A stretch of DNA of 59,900 nucleotides, the filler included, from Sphacelaria rigidula (lineage: Eukaryota), in NCBI GenBank assembly GCA_964200075.2. It is 6 parts of 6 records of this genome, joined end to end, with 100 filler letters (N's around TTAATTAATTAA, not from the genome) between each part and the next. Parts side by side here need not be neighbours in the genome. Positions count along the whole stretch, not along the records: positions 1 to 9,901 come from CAXNAA020007523.1; positions 10,002 to 19,902 come from CAXNAA020007524.1; 4 more parts are not named here. One strand, given 5' to 3'. Both the position numbers and the translations under genes were made by a program. Of this stretch, positions 1-11,386 are shown in pieces. Positions within the stretch are counted from its first letter, which is position 1, and each line of letters opens with the position of its first letter. A model generated the notes under the pieces. The model had not been told where the DNA came from and did not search any database. It was given only the letters and a program-made list of their open reading frames with translations.

Positions 1-300
1 CTCATGATCATGCTTGCAATGGTCTGGCGACTATGGCAAGCATGATCATGAGTACACCCCCCCCCGCCCGGGCGCCCGGGCGCCCGGGCGCACACACGTC
101 TCCATCTCACTGCACAAGTCATAAAAATTCCATTGTCCACTCAGCTTTTTTTTCTTATTTTATTGCATGTTTTGCGAAATGCGCAGTGTGCGCATGCTTG
201 TCGCCTCGCTGGTCCCTTCACTCCTCGCCTAACGGCCGTGTTTCGGATTTCCTGCAATGTGCGTGCGTACGTTTGCGTACTGTTCACTGTGGTGCTGCAG

Positions 301-353
301 GTGACGTTGGTGCCCGGTGCAGAAGAAATGGTTCTGGACGTGTACCGTAACAG
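301..353 (+). CDS. Probable internal exon of unknown gene 1 (VTLVPGAEEMVLDVY...)
   Basis: Acceptor ctgcag ends at 300. Possible donors at 347 (gtaaca, phase-compatible with exon 1417) or 354 (gtctag). Boundary uncertain. Confidence 0.45.
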
Positions 354-1416
354 GTCTAGCAAGGGCAAACTAAATCGCCACCTGCGTGAGTTTTTTCTTC
401 TTTTGCACTGGTGTATGTTTGTTTTGTTTTGTTTTGTTCTATTTTTCCCTCCCAACTTTTAGTTCTGAAGTGTGCTCGATATGGCCCTAGCTCTGAGTTG
501 AAGCAGTGTTCTGGCGCAGGTCGCAAATTTATTGATTCTTGTGGGCATGAATGATGATACCTTGTCCAAACGAAGCTCAAAAGTAGCACTCTGCTGTACT
601 TCATTCGCGGTCGGGGCTTGAGGAACACGAAGTGGATACGCGATATGTCGCTGTTGGGGTAGTGCTATTCAGAATAGACAGAGGAGGTGCTCATCTAGCT
701 CTATGCCGGTGGGGTTTTACCGACACTAGAGGTCGGCCGGCGATATCTGTTCCGACACGGGGGACGTTGTGTCCCAAATGAGTGATTCGAAAAACCATTG
801 GAATGTTCGCCCGTAGTTTTGTGTGCGTGTGTGCGTGTGCGTGTGCGTTTTCTTCCGTGCATGGAGGCTTCTGTTTTCATTTAGAAGTTTCTTGTCCTCG
901 TCTTGTTGAGAATAATAATCTTTACTCCTGTACGTACAGTACGCTCGTTGAAAAGGAACCGCAGGCGCTGTGGTCGTGACATCTGGACTATCCACTGCCA
1001 AGATATATTTATTGATTGCAAAGTCAGTCACCATTTTGTTTAAATGGTGATTTTCTCCCGTGCGGGTTGATATAGCAGTTTTGAGTGAAGGAGAATGTCG
1101 AGTATTTTCGGAGGGCTCGAAATACTGAGCCTCACCCTACACTACCGCAATCTTATGTGTACTTCATGTAGGTATAAACAGGTGATGTGAAACGTTTCTC
1201 CAGCCAAAAATAAAGATAAAAAATGTAGACACATATGTTCATATAAATCGTTCTCTTGTAACCCTCCTCCATTCAAAGGTCCGAGCATACAAACAAAACG
1301 TTCGATAACCCGACCAAAAATCGAGTCTACTGAGTGAATTTGATCCCGTCTGATATGATTTCATTCGATTTGAGTTGATTTAACTAATTTCTGCACAACT
1401 AATCGATATCTTACAG

Positions 1417-1523
1417 CGGGCGGCAAACAAAGCGAGGACGACTGGACCGACGCTGATATGCCGGTGCAGACGCTGGGGGAGGCCATGTCAAGGTTCTCCG
1501 AGGGCTGGGAAAAGGGCGTATCG
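1417..1523 (+). CDS. Internal exon of unknown gene 1 (GGKQSEDDWTDADMPVQTLGEAMSRFSEGWEKGVS)
   Basis: ttacag acceptor, gtacgt donor, GC-rich open frame within AT-richer intron. Starts phase 1, ends phase 0. Confidence 0.7.
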
Positions 1524-3050
1524 GTACGTTGTGTCTTGTTGAGCCTGTGGGATCTTAGCGCTCGAATCAAGGGGACAAGAAAGAAGTACATGTAGATGAA
1601 GTCTCACGTGGGTTGTGAAGAATGGCCGAGAAAGGATCGCATGCACACACGTGCATTTATATCGAGATGGATGGATACTTGGGACATGACCACGGATTTG
1701 CTCCACATATCGCACAACTCATAAGCGATCTCAAATAACTAGTTGAAGAGGACTGTCGGATCGATTGCTCAAAAACGCAAAATAGAGGATAGCAGAGGGT
1801 TCGAGAAGCCAACGCACTACCTTAGCGCTACCCCGCATATTCGGCGCCCAGCGCTGTAGGGGGCGAATATGAGAAAAGGGACCAAATGAGCTAGCTCAAG
1901 ATTTTATTTTTTTCCTCACACTTTGAACCACTTCCCTTCCTCGGGATGAGTCCGTGGTCTCGAGAGATCAACCCATCTCTCCCCCGGCACGCGCCTTTCA
2001 TTTTGGTCTCGCGGATGGGGTCGGCACACCCGCACCGCGTCAACTCACGTCACACAACCTAGTCGACTACTTTGTTTACTCACGCTCTCGCGCTTTCCAC
2101 GGTGGAAATCATACATTACGAAGAAAAAAGATATCAACACACCATAAGAAGTATTCAGGTACCTCATGAGCTGTCTCTCGTGTAATATATTCATACATGT
2201 GTTGGAAAATGGAAGGTGGTTGTCGCGGATTGGACACCTAGCATCGAAGTCGTCGAGTTTTGAGTATGGCCAAAAAACCAACCCCCATGTATCTATCTTT
2301 ATATATGGTGAAAAACTTGGGGTTAGGAAAACGAAGAAGTCCATGGTCATAGATTATGTAAGCAGTGCATACGTGGTAGATACTAATTCGGGTTGTTTGT
2401 GGTTGTGGCTCGATTTTGTTCGATCTCGAGGAACAGAGTAACAATGAAATGAGAGCAAAGCAAAAATTCCTAGGTTGTTGGTGATATATTTCCGGGGGGC
2501 AAGGGGAGTAGCTGGTGTTTCATCTCCGCACGAACTCGGTAAAATGAAGGCTGTCGCTGGAAAATGACCCAGTGAGATGAAGATGAAAGGACCGTGAAAA
2601 GTTGGATGGATCCTCGTCGTCGCACTCAAAGGAGGAAAACAATTTTTATCGTTCACAACAGGTCCGGCGTCGTTGTGATTTTGCTTCCTTTATTTGCGTT
2701 TCATGTATGGACACTGACAGAGTCGATCAACCCAGTATGTTTTGCTCCTGCAAGCAGGCTTTCATTCATCGTTTTCCGTCCATTTCTTCCGCATAGCTGC
2801 CAGAAAGCTACCGTGATACACTAGCTCTCTGTCCAAAACCCCAGTCTTTCACGTGACCCAACGTTTTTGTGATGGTCGTATAAGTCATTATCCACAGCTC
2901 GAATTTTTGATTTCAACATCTGAGCCATACATGCTCGCCGCCGCATTTTTCACCCAAAACGTTATTATCCGAAATCTAATGTCTTGGCTTTCGACTCACT
3001 TGCTCCTGCATCATTCGCATGCCATACTCTTGAGAATCAAACAAGATCGA

Positions 3051-3625
3051 GAAGGTATACTTCCTCTGTCCCGTAAGTGAAGGTACCTAGAGTTATACGG
3101 GCCCTCAACGATGTCCGATCGTTTTTTTTCAATGAAGTCTACGGTATTTGTTGAGTCAGGAAGATGTGTTTAAAAATTTGCAGCTCGTGCTTATACCATG
3201 CCGCCGAACAGCTGCAAAAAAAGTAGTCGACCTCAAAATAGCTGTTTTTTGCCCCTGTCCGAGGGGAAGAAAAGAGTCGATTTTTATTTTTTTTGAGTTT
3301 TTAAAATCGCGCCCGCCTTCGGGGTGGGGGGGGGGGCTTACTGCCAGGAAGTCCCACGCGATTTTGAAAATAAAAACGATATTTTCTTTTCGGCACTTTT
3401 TTTCCCCTCGGAAAAAGGCACAACACGGCGATTTTTGGGCGCTGACTACATTTTTTGCAGCCGTTCGGCGGCATGGTTCCAGCACGAGCTGCAAATTTTA
3501 AACAATTTTTCCTAACCCCACAGACACCGTAGACTTCATTGGAACCCCCCCCCCCCCGACCGAGCATCGTTAAGCGCCCGTACAAATTTAGGTACCTTTA
3601 CTTATGGGACAGGAAGTATACCTTC
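3051..3625. mobile_element. Foldback MITE with long imperfect TIRs
   Basis: gaaggtatacttcctctgtcccgtaagtgaaggtacct at 3051 vs aggtacctttacttatgggacaggaagtataccttc ending 3625. Inner arms are also complementary, hence mirror ORFs 3148+ and 3156-. Confidence 0.85.
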
Positions 3626-4450
3626 ATCTACGCTGAACGTTCTTCATGGTGCAAGACCTTGGCTGTGGTACGTAAACCCGGGTCAGGGCGTGTTTGCCTC
3701 TCTTCGTAGGATCGCTCATGCACATGGACACATGTTGGTCAATAATGCATTGAAGAGGAGTTTTGAGGAAGGAAAATGAATGATCTACAGTATTCAAAGT
3801 TTGCAGGACATTAATTCGTATTAAGAATGAGACTACAGAGGTGTAGAGCGGGCTCATGGACAGAGCGCTCATTGATGTGTGCCAGGTGGATCATATAGGA
3901 CACGCGTAAAATTGAGTCGCAAGAAATTGTGTGTGCTTGTTGTACAAACGCCTGATGAACACCTCATGTTGCATGTACAAAGCGGATGGAGGTACGTACA
4001 AAACAACAGGGCGTTGACACGAGGAAATTACATCTGGGGAAAAAAAAAAAGTCTGTTTTCCGATGTCGTCCGTGTGGTGAAAATGACCCAATAGGCAATA
4101 AGGTAATTGGACGAGAATAAAACGCATTCATGGCACCACCATCATCACCACTACTAGACCTCCACTCTAATATACATAAAAATATGCATTTTTCGCTGAA
4201 TAGCACCCCCTATATCTCGGTTTGAGATTAAGCGAATGTTATGCAGAGTTTATGACATGTATGGAATCAAGGTCCAACCAACTCAGACATTTCAGCAACA
4301 AATTTAGTTTTACTCGTTCTTATTGTCGTGTTTTTTTTTGCTAATTTTTGGTTGTGCATCTTGTTGAGTAAATAATTCAGACTTCTGATTTTACGATAAA
4401 AAAAGTCACCCCTTTTTCATGCTGTGGGTAATGACAAAAATGCCATGCAG

Positions 4451-4543
4451 GCGAAGGAGACCAAGCCCGCTGAAAGGAGGGCCGCAGCGGGAACCAAGGG
4501 CCGGGAGAGGATCGAACGCGTGGTGAAACCAGTCCTCACAGAG
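4451..4543 (+). CDS. Internal exon of unknown gene 1 (AKETKPAERRAAAGTKGRERIERVVKPVLTE)
   Basis: atgcag acceptor, gttagt donor, 93 nt, phase 0/0, coding-like composition. Confidence 0.7.
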
Positions 4544-5798
4544 GTTAGTGACAGCAAATCATGGGATGGGGTGATCGATTGTCGCACACTGACTTATCCA
4601 CCCTGAATGCAGCCGTGGTCATTAGATAAGCAGGCGCAAGTATGGTTGAGTACCTTGTCGCCACCTGGTGTGGCCCTATAGAGGGCGTGTCTTCATTCGG
4701 GGTATAGTATGGCTTTAGTCTCTAGTTCCCAGTTACAATTTTTGGCTATCGCTAATGTACTGAACGCGCGTGCGCCCAGTCCGGCAAAAACTCGACGTGC
4801 TCCGTCCCGGCTTGGTGGGAATGCGAGGTCAATGGTCTTATGACCATGGCATGCAATACCATGAGTAACCACCACCCTCTCCTTCAGGACGGGTCCTTAG
4901 TTCAAAAAAATCGACACTTGTCTTCACCAGTCGGCACGTGCCTAGCATTTACATATACTGCGTATTGAATCAATGCTTGCATGGGCGTAAACTAGATTCG
5001 TTCCAAAATAATATATCTATCTGTCAGTAGTCGAATCCGTGACCTTCCGTCCCAAGTAGCTAAGTGACTGTACGAAGTATGTCGACAATACCAGCTGCAT
5101 CGGTGAGTTGCGTCGTGGTCAACCCCGTCAGTAGCGAATAAGCACACCCTCATTCACGATACAGTCGGACTTATAATTAGTGGAAGTCCAACTCCTTCCG
5201 ATGGTGATGCTGCTACTGCTGTGCACACCCACCGATGTGATAGAGTATCGTAAGGTTGAAAACATATCTCGAGCGTGTTGAGAGCATAGGGCTGTATGTT
5301 ATTGTTATTCATCAACACACAAAACTGCGTAGTGCACAGTTATATATATATATATATATTCATTGGAAAGTCTTTTCATCGGGACACGGATAGATCAGCA
5401 ATATATTGATGAGTATGATGATTGATTGCTGTCGTAGCTGTGCGATCACCATACGAGGGCACAGTCCAATCTCCCCCCCCCACCCTTCGGTAATTAAGGG
5501 GACCTCGCCGGAGGTGACATCGAAGCGACTTTTAACCCCGTCCTTCTGTAAAAGCGACCTATTTTTAGTAACGAACAGCCCAACAGCAGCATTATACGCG
5601 CATGACGTCGAATTTTTCGGAACAAGAAATACGCGATATGCATGACCAGAGAAGAAATCCAGCAGAATCGCTGTCAGAATCGTCGCCGTTGGCATCCAAA
5701 CCCCCACGGCTGAGGGGTTTTGTTCATGCTCCTGGTCTGCCACTGGGAATGGCGCTCCGGCGGCAAAAAGTGTATGGAGGCCACCCGTGTCGTGTGTA

Positions 5799-6141
5799 TG
5801 TTGTCAGCCAATCTATTCTGGATGCCAGTCTACACCTTTCGGTATATGTGGGCGCATCAGCCGGAGTCACACAGGAGGAAGGCCAACACAAGATTTTGTT
5901 TTCAAGCACTCCATCTTCCTTCTGCGGTGCTTGCCTTTTTTCTTATTGCGAGAGGGATTCAGCAGTCCCTTTCCTTTGTCGACCTTGAAGTCGAATTTCG
6001 TGTGACCACGACGTGGTCGCTCTCCACTCTTGAGCATTGTGTGAGGAAAAATCCCCGATCGTGACTGCACCAAGATTAGCACCCACGACCCAACCGTTAA
6101 AAGGATTCGGGGTTACCAACTGAGCCACCGGGGCGACCGGC
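5799..6141 (-). mobile_element. tRNA-derived SINE family A (full length); other copies 36187-36513, partial 22140-22353, 50481-50706, head only 51960-52087
   Basis: Reverse complement begins GCCGGTCGCCCCGGTGGCTCAGTTGG (A box). B box GGTTCGAACC is clear in the 36187 copy. Conserved body and CAA-like tail. Five copies on four contigs. Confidence 0.85.
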
Positions 6142-6787
6142 CTACCTGTCAACTGAATGATGACATTTGTGTAGAGTGGGACCGATTATCCGGGAAAATG
6201 ATGGTAGTATGTGCACGTTGGGTAGATGATTACATTCGGTATGCGTAGCAACCTATTGGTATTGATGAATTCCTGCCGCTGATGATATCGATACTTTGTT
6301 GCTATGCGTTGGCAATCACCGTACGTGCTCGGAGCCTCAGTTGAGGACTGATACTACAGGTGTGTCCTCTGTGTTTGAGGTATGGAGAAGTCGATTTTGT
6401 TTGCATGGGGTGCGGTTGACCAATTAATCGGGTGTCGTATTCAAGCCGATAGTACCGATATAGATCGAACCGATGCGGCATCCGCCACACCTCAATAATC
6501 CCTTTGCACTCTCCTCCCCGTTCTCGCGATGAGTGCGTATCGTAATCCTGAGGGATTTAACCCGTTCACTCTCTCGGTACCGTAGACGCCTCGCATCTTG
6601 GTTACATTTCGGATTGGTTAGATCAGCAATACTACCGGATCGCGTTTACTTTCGTTCAACTTCACAAATTCCTTTTGCTACTCATATCCTCACGTTTTCC
6701 TTGAGCGACGGGAATCAGGCACTTGCCCAAATGAAAATGAAAATAAAATAAACTCTGCGCGTGCCAGAATTGCATCCTCAAATCTTA

Positions 6788-7029
6788 CAAGGTTGTGTTC
6801 TGTACGTTACACCGGCTGGAATTCGGGGATTTACAACGGTAAGGAAAAAAATGAGGTATTTTGTTGGTAATTGTCCTTCTGAACCACACCGGATTGTTCG
6901 GAACATGGATTGATTTCCTACCGGACCATATCGGAATGCTCGACACACACTCCGGCATGGGTTGGTATGCCAACCAATAATCCTCCACTTCTGGGTATAT
7001 ATACCCTATTGATACAGAACACAACCTCG
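6788..7029. mobile_element. hAT-type MITE
   Basis: TIRs CAAGGTTGTGTTCTGTA / TACAGAACACAACCTCG. 8-bp TSD aaatctta / aaatcttg. Confidence 0.75.
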
Positions 7030-7731
7030 AAATCTTGGACGCTAATTGGCGTGAGTTGTACCGGTCGGATTATCGGGGCGCGGCGGCATACCCCATCATG
7101 GTCATTATTTCAGTATCGACGTTGCTATTTATGCCGTTACCGGCTGTACAAGCGCGATACATTTCACAAGGTTGCGTTCTGTAGGGTATACCAGGTGAAA
7201 TTCGGGTCTTCTACAGAAGTATAAAAATAATTTCTCTAGTTGAATGCCCTTCCGAACCATGACGGGAGATTTCAGAACAGGGCTCGATACCCTGCCGGCC
7301 CATACCGCAATGTTCGGTACACGTTTCGGTATGGTCAAGCAAAGCCAACCAAAAATCCCCCACTTCCGACTTTACCCTACAAAGCGCAATCTTGCATATA
7401 CACGAGTATGTACGTCAATATCCAAATACAGGTCATTATCCAAAAATAGATCAGTAGCCAAATATGTCAGTAGCCAAATACAGATCAGTATCCAAACATG
7501 GGTTAGTATTCATTGGATATTGACCCACGCACCACCTGGCTTGCGCTCTCGCCGCTCGAGATTCCATCGTTTTCTTGCGCGTAAAGAAGCGAAAAAATGA
7601 TGTTATCGCGACATGTCGGTGGCACCGATGTACCGACGTATGTCGTATTGATATCGCCACATATTGATATCCGTCCCTTTTTGTGCATCCCGTCCGTACC
7701 CCGCGACTGCGCTTGCGAAACCATGAGACAG

Positions 7732-7917
7732 CGCCAACAAAAGATAATGGCCAACCGATACGCGCGCAACGAGCTCCCGGAGGAGGCGGCTGCGTACACC
7801 GATCAGCTCACGGGCAAGAATCTCATCGACCACCAGGAGGCCATATACAGGGAAAGCCTGAAGGAGGGACTAAGCGAGATCAAGCGGGAGAAGGTTAACT
7901 TCTACCTCGACAACGCG
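7732..7917 (+). CDS. Internal exon of unknown gene 1 (RQQKIMANRYARNELPEEAAAYTDQLTGKNLIDHQEAIYRESLKEGLSEIKREKVNFYLDNA)
   Basis: gacag acceptor, gtgagg donor, 186 nt, phase 0/0, strong GC3 bias. Confidence 0.78.
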
Positions 7918-7987
7918 GTGAGGAGCGACGGCTTCCCGGGTAATTTTTTTCTCTCTCGTGATACTCCGGAGTATTGTATATATATAT

Positions 7988-8343
7988 TAGAGCTCGGAAA
8001 TGGTTTGTCCAACCATTCACCAGTGAAATGGTTACGGCTAGCGCACGCATTAACAAATTGAATGGTACATACTGGTTTGGTAATCGGGCGGCGCAGCCGC
8101 GAGTCAAAAAGCCCCCCCCCCCCCCGCTAAGAGGCTTCGCTAGAGCTCAAAACCCCCCCGTCAAATCTGGGCCAATTTTCAAGGGCTGAATATAGCATTC
8201 GTAGCTGGTGACGGGTAAATAATGGTTGGAAAACATTATCGAAAAATTTCATATCACTATCGAATTTTTTATATATAACCATTACCATTGTTAACATTAT
8301 AGTGACAACGGCTAGTTATAACTGGTACCGTTTCCGAGCTCTA
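7988..8343. mobile_element. hAT-type MITE (TAGAGCTCGGAAA TIR)
   Basis: TIRs tagagctcggaaatggt / accgtttccgagctcta. 8-bp flanks atatatat on both sides. Confidence 0.82.
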
Positions 8344-8695
8344 ATATATATATATATATCTGTGCGGTTCGTTTTCGATTACTTTTTTTTTCTTATTTTT
8401 AATTTTTTTCGTTTCTCTTGTTATTCATTTATTTCGGTTTTTAAGTCTTGCTATGTTTACTTTTATTTATTCATCTTTATATGTGAACATTTTCATTCTC
8501 TCCCCTCCTTTTATTGCAAATATGTATCGTATCGTGCATGAAGTTGTATCGGCGAGACCAAATTTTCGTGACGATAAATCTGTGCTTTTGTGCTCCCCAC
8601 CCTCCCTCACCACTCCACCCTCGCCCTTGCCTTCCTCGCATTTGGCCTTTTTTTCATATTTCGCGTTTTTTTCTTTCTAATACGCCACTCCGCAG

Positions 8696-8797
8696 CCTCG
8701 AGCAATACCCAGCGTCGAAGACCTCCTGACCCTGACCGAGGAGGAACGGCGCTGTAGATCGAGATACTTCTCGGAGAATCCGACAACCCCCCAGCAG
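8696..8797 (+). CDS. Internal exon of unknown gene 1 (PRAIPSVEDLLTLTEEERRCRSRYFSENPTTPQQ)
   Basis: Pyrimidine tract plus cgcag acceptor, gtatac donor, 102 nt, phase 0/0. Confidence 0.72.
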
Positions 8798-9763
8798 GTA
8801 TACATGTGTATGTCTGCGTGGTGTTTCATCAATTGGTTGCCCGACACACCAAAGTACACTGTGGCGAATCGAGCTGTCCCGTGGTCGCCACGTGGTTGTT
8901 TTCGTCAATAGAGTGAACCGGAGTTGTCCTACAATCTACCCCTTAGGTGACATGACTTGTGGTGAGTGTAAACAGCGAGAATCGGATCTCTAGTGGAGCT
9001 TGACAGTCCCCGTGTGCTCCTAGCCTGCGCAGAACGCGTTTCCGTTCAAATCCGTGCCACAGGCGCCGACTTTAGGGCTATCAACACCACACTTTGCTTA
9101 GGGAACCAACCCTGTGTACTTCTCTTGTCCGAGGGTTCTCGATATGCCTTGGGTTGGGGTTTGGGGTGAAGTTAGCGATAGTTGTAATTTTTTTCAACCT
9201 TGAATATAATGTTTTGCCCAACTCTGGTTGGCCCACCTCGCTTTCGGTCACACCTTCAACCTCTCCACTTCCTGGGGACAAACAAATCCGTGATCTCAAG
9301 GGATCAATCTATGTATACACCTCGGTACAAGTACACGCCTTATATCTTGATATGTTGCGCACTGGATGACTATCGGCACTATTCCTGCGCAGCGTCTACT
9401 CGTAAAGAAGCAGACAAATTCCGTTAAACAATTTTGGCTGCAAACGTCCTGTCGCGCTTTCAACGGTGGAAAACCAGATATGTAGGTACGTACTCTGGGG
9501 ATAAAAAAATACAAAGCGGAAAACACTCGCTGAGGAGGAGAGAAGCAAACAAAAGTGCAAGTGAAGACGACACGAAACGATACGATAACAAAAGGGAAAC
9601 AACCACACTCTGGATAATGACAATATTAGTAGATTACATTGACAAGAACGGGTACTGCATACGTGGTATGGAATATTGTGTTTATCGACAGAAGATAAGA
9701 CAGTACATTAGATGCTGTACGCAGTATACTTTTTATCAATGTTGTGCATTTGTGTTTGTCCAG

Positions 9764-9796
9764 GGTGTGGGAGCGACTCCGAGCAAAAATGAGTGA
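9764..9796 (+). CDS. Probable terminal exon of unknown gene 1 (GVGATPSKNE*)
   Basis: tttgtccag acceptor, phase 0, in-frame TGA. Confidence 0.5.
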   Translation, partial: GVGATPSKNE

Positions 9797-9833
9797 TGCT
9801 AGAGGGAAGGAAAATTAATGACGAGGATAGTGA

Positions 9834-9834
<1 letters not shown>

Positions 9835-9901
<67 letters not shown>
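9835..9901. repeat. (TTA)n microsatellite at contig end; other simple repeats (TA)n 5342-5359, (CA)n 42328-42366, poly-G 50024-50088
   Basis: Direct inspection. Confidence 0.95.
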
Positions 9902-10001
9902 NNNNNNNNNNNNNNNNNNNNNNNNNNNNNNNNNNNNNNNNNNNNTTAATTAATTAANNNNNNNNNNNNNNNNNNNNNNNNNNNNNNNNNNNNNNNNNNN
10001 N
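9902..10001. other. Artificial contig linker (N44-TTAATTAATTAA-N44); identical linkers at 19903-20002, 29903-30002, 39903-40002, 49902-50001
   Basis: Five identical 100-nt spacers whose core has stop codons in all six frames. Segment lengths decrease monotonically (9901, 9901, 9900, 9900, 9899, 9899). Confidence 0.97.
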
Positions 10002-10084
10002 AAAAAGATTTAAAATCGACGTTGTCAGTGTAGAGACAGACACGAGGGAACATGTGTAAAAAAAAAAAAAAACGATTTGCACAT

Positions 10085-11386
10085 CTTCAGCCGTATCTAA
10101 TGGAAGACGTCACCGAGTTCAAATGTGATTGCGCCATATTCCCGTGAGATCACGGGCGTTCATGGGGGTCACGACCGTTTCGGGCGATTCGAGCGTCTTG
10201 GCGTACTTAACGAAAAACCTCCCATTCCGCGAAAAAAAGACGTTCCTCGTAATCTCAACAACAACATGTTGTCAAGTGTTAACCCTGGTCGCGGGGACCC
10301 TTGTCTGGCGGGACGAAACTCGTCTATCTCCCGCAGCCCATCATGTTTAGGCGGTTGCTGGTCGCACAGGGGTTCAGGGAAGCGTGGCGGCTCTCGAACC
10401 ACCGAGGAGATCGCCTCCAGGAGAACCCAGGGGCCCCTCTGGTGATCCGTTCTCGACAGTGAAATCACCGCCTCATCGAATGATTGAATCGCTGTGGCTG
10501 ATACGTGGGAACCTCGGACATTCTCTTTGACAAGAGGGCGGAGGAGCGCGGAAGCGTGATGATGCGAAGGCACTCGTCAATGTGACCTACGCTACAAGCA
10601 GTAAGTGAAGTTGCTACGTGAAGAGTCGCCCATGGAAGTGCCGCCACCACCGGCGAAATGACGACAGCTCCCGAGCAGTCGAAGGGGGGAGTGATCGAGA
10701 GATAGGCCCACTTTGGACATTCGGCTATGACAGTGGGATGAGGGAGGAGGAGAGTGATAACACGGGAAATGATAGCCCGGTGCATCCTGTCGGTTGTTAT
10801 ATTTCGCCCTTGGCTTGTTTCCCTTGGGATATACCCGAGTTGCTGGTCCTGTGCACACCTCGCCGTGTTTCTATGTTTCTGTGTTGCTGTTTTTTCTTCC
10901 TTTCACATATCTTCTCTATTTGTCATTCTTCCTTTCATTTTTCTGAGCGATAGTATGTCAGGAGTTTGCGTATATCCTTCCTGCAAGGCTGGCAGTGAGT
11001 AGAGCTTCCACTGTGATAGTATGAGTGCGGTCTCTGAATAGCACGGCTACTTGTGTCCTGCTTCCTGGCATTGCACGACTAAGCGTCGTTCGCGGGGGTC
11101 GACCGATTTCCCCGCCGGGATCGGTAGTTTTTAGCTGAGAGTCTTCCCTTTTCCTTTTTCCTCCCATCCAGTTGACGCTTGTCTGCTTTCTCCTCATAAT
11201 TTCCTTTTCGTCCCCCCCCCCTTCTCTGGTGCTCCGTCTCGAAAGGGATGCGTGGTCAACGGTCAAACGACTAAGGCAAGCAAAACATGAGAACGTCCCC
11301 CCTTCTCTGGTTTGTTTCCTTCAGCGACCGTTTCCGTCTTTTTTCCTTGTGTAGCTGTTTTCTCGTCCGCGCAATGCTGTTTATCA
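10085..11386 (+). mobile_element. LTR retrotransposon 3' fragment: internal region, polypurine tract and LTR (10755-11386)
   Basis: Purine run gggatgagggaggaggagag directly precedes TGATAACA (10755). A matching inverted end TGTTTATCA ends at 11386. Confidence 0.55.

Noticed and set aside
9140..9180. Telomere-like gggttggggtttgggg (also about 44520-44545)
   Set aside because: Not a tandem array; internal motif of a dispersed repeat.
9946..9957. TTAATTAATTAA as a biological motif
   Set aside because: Part of the artificial linker.
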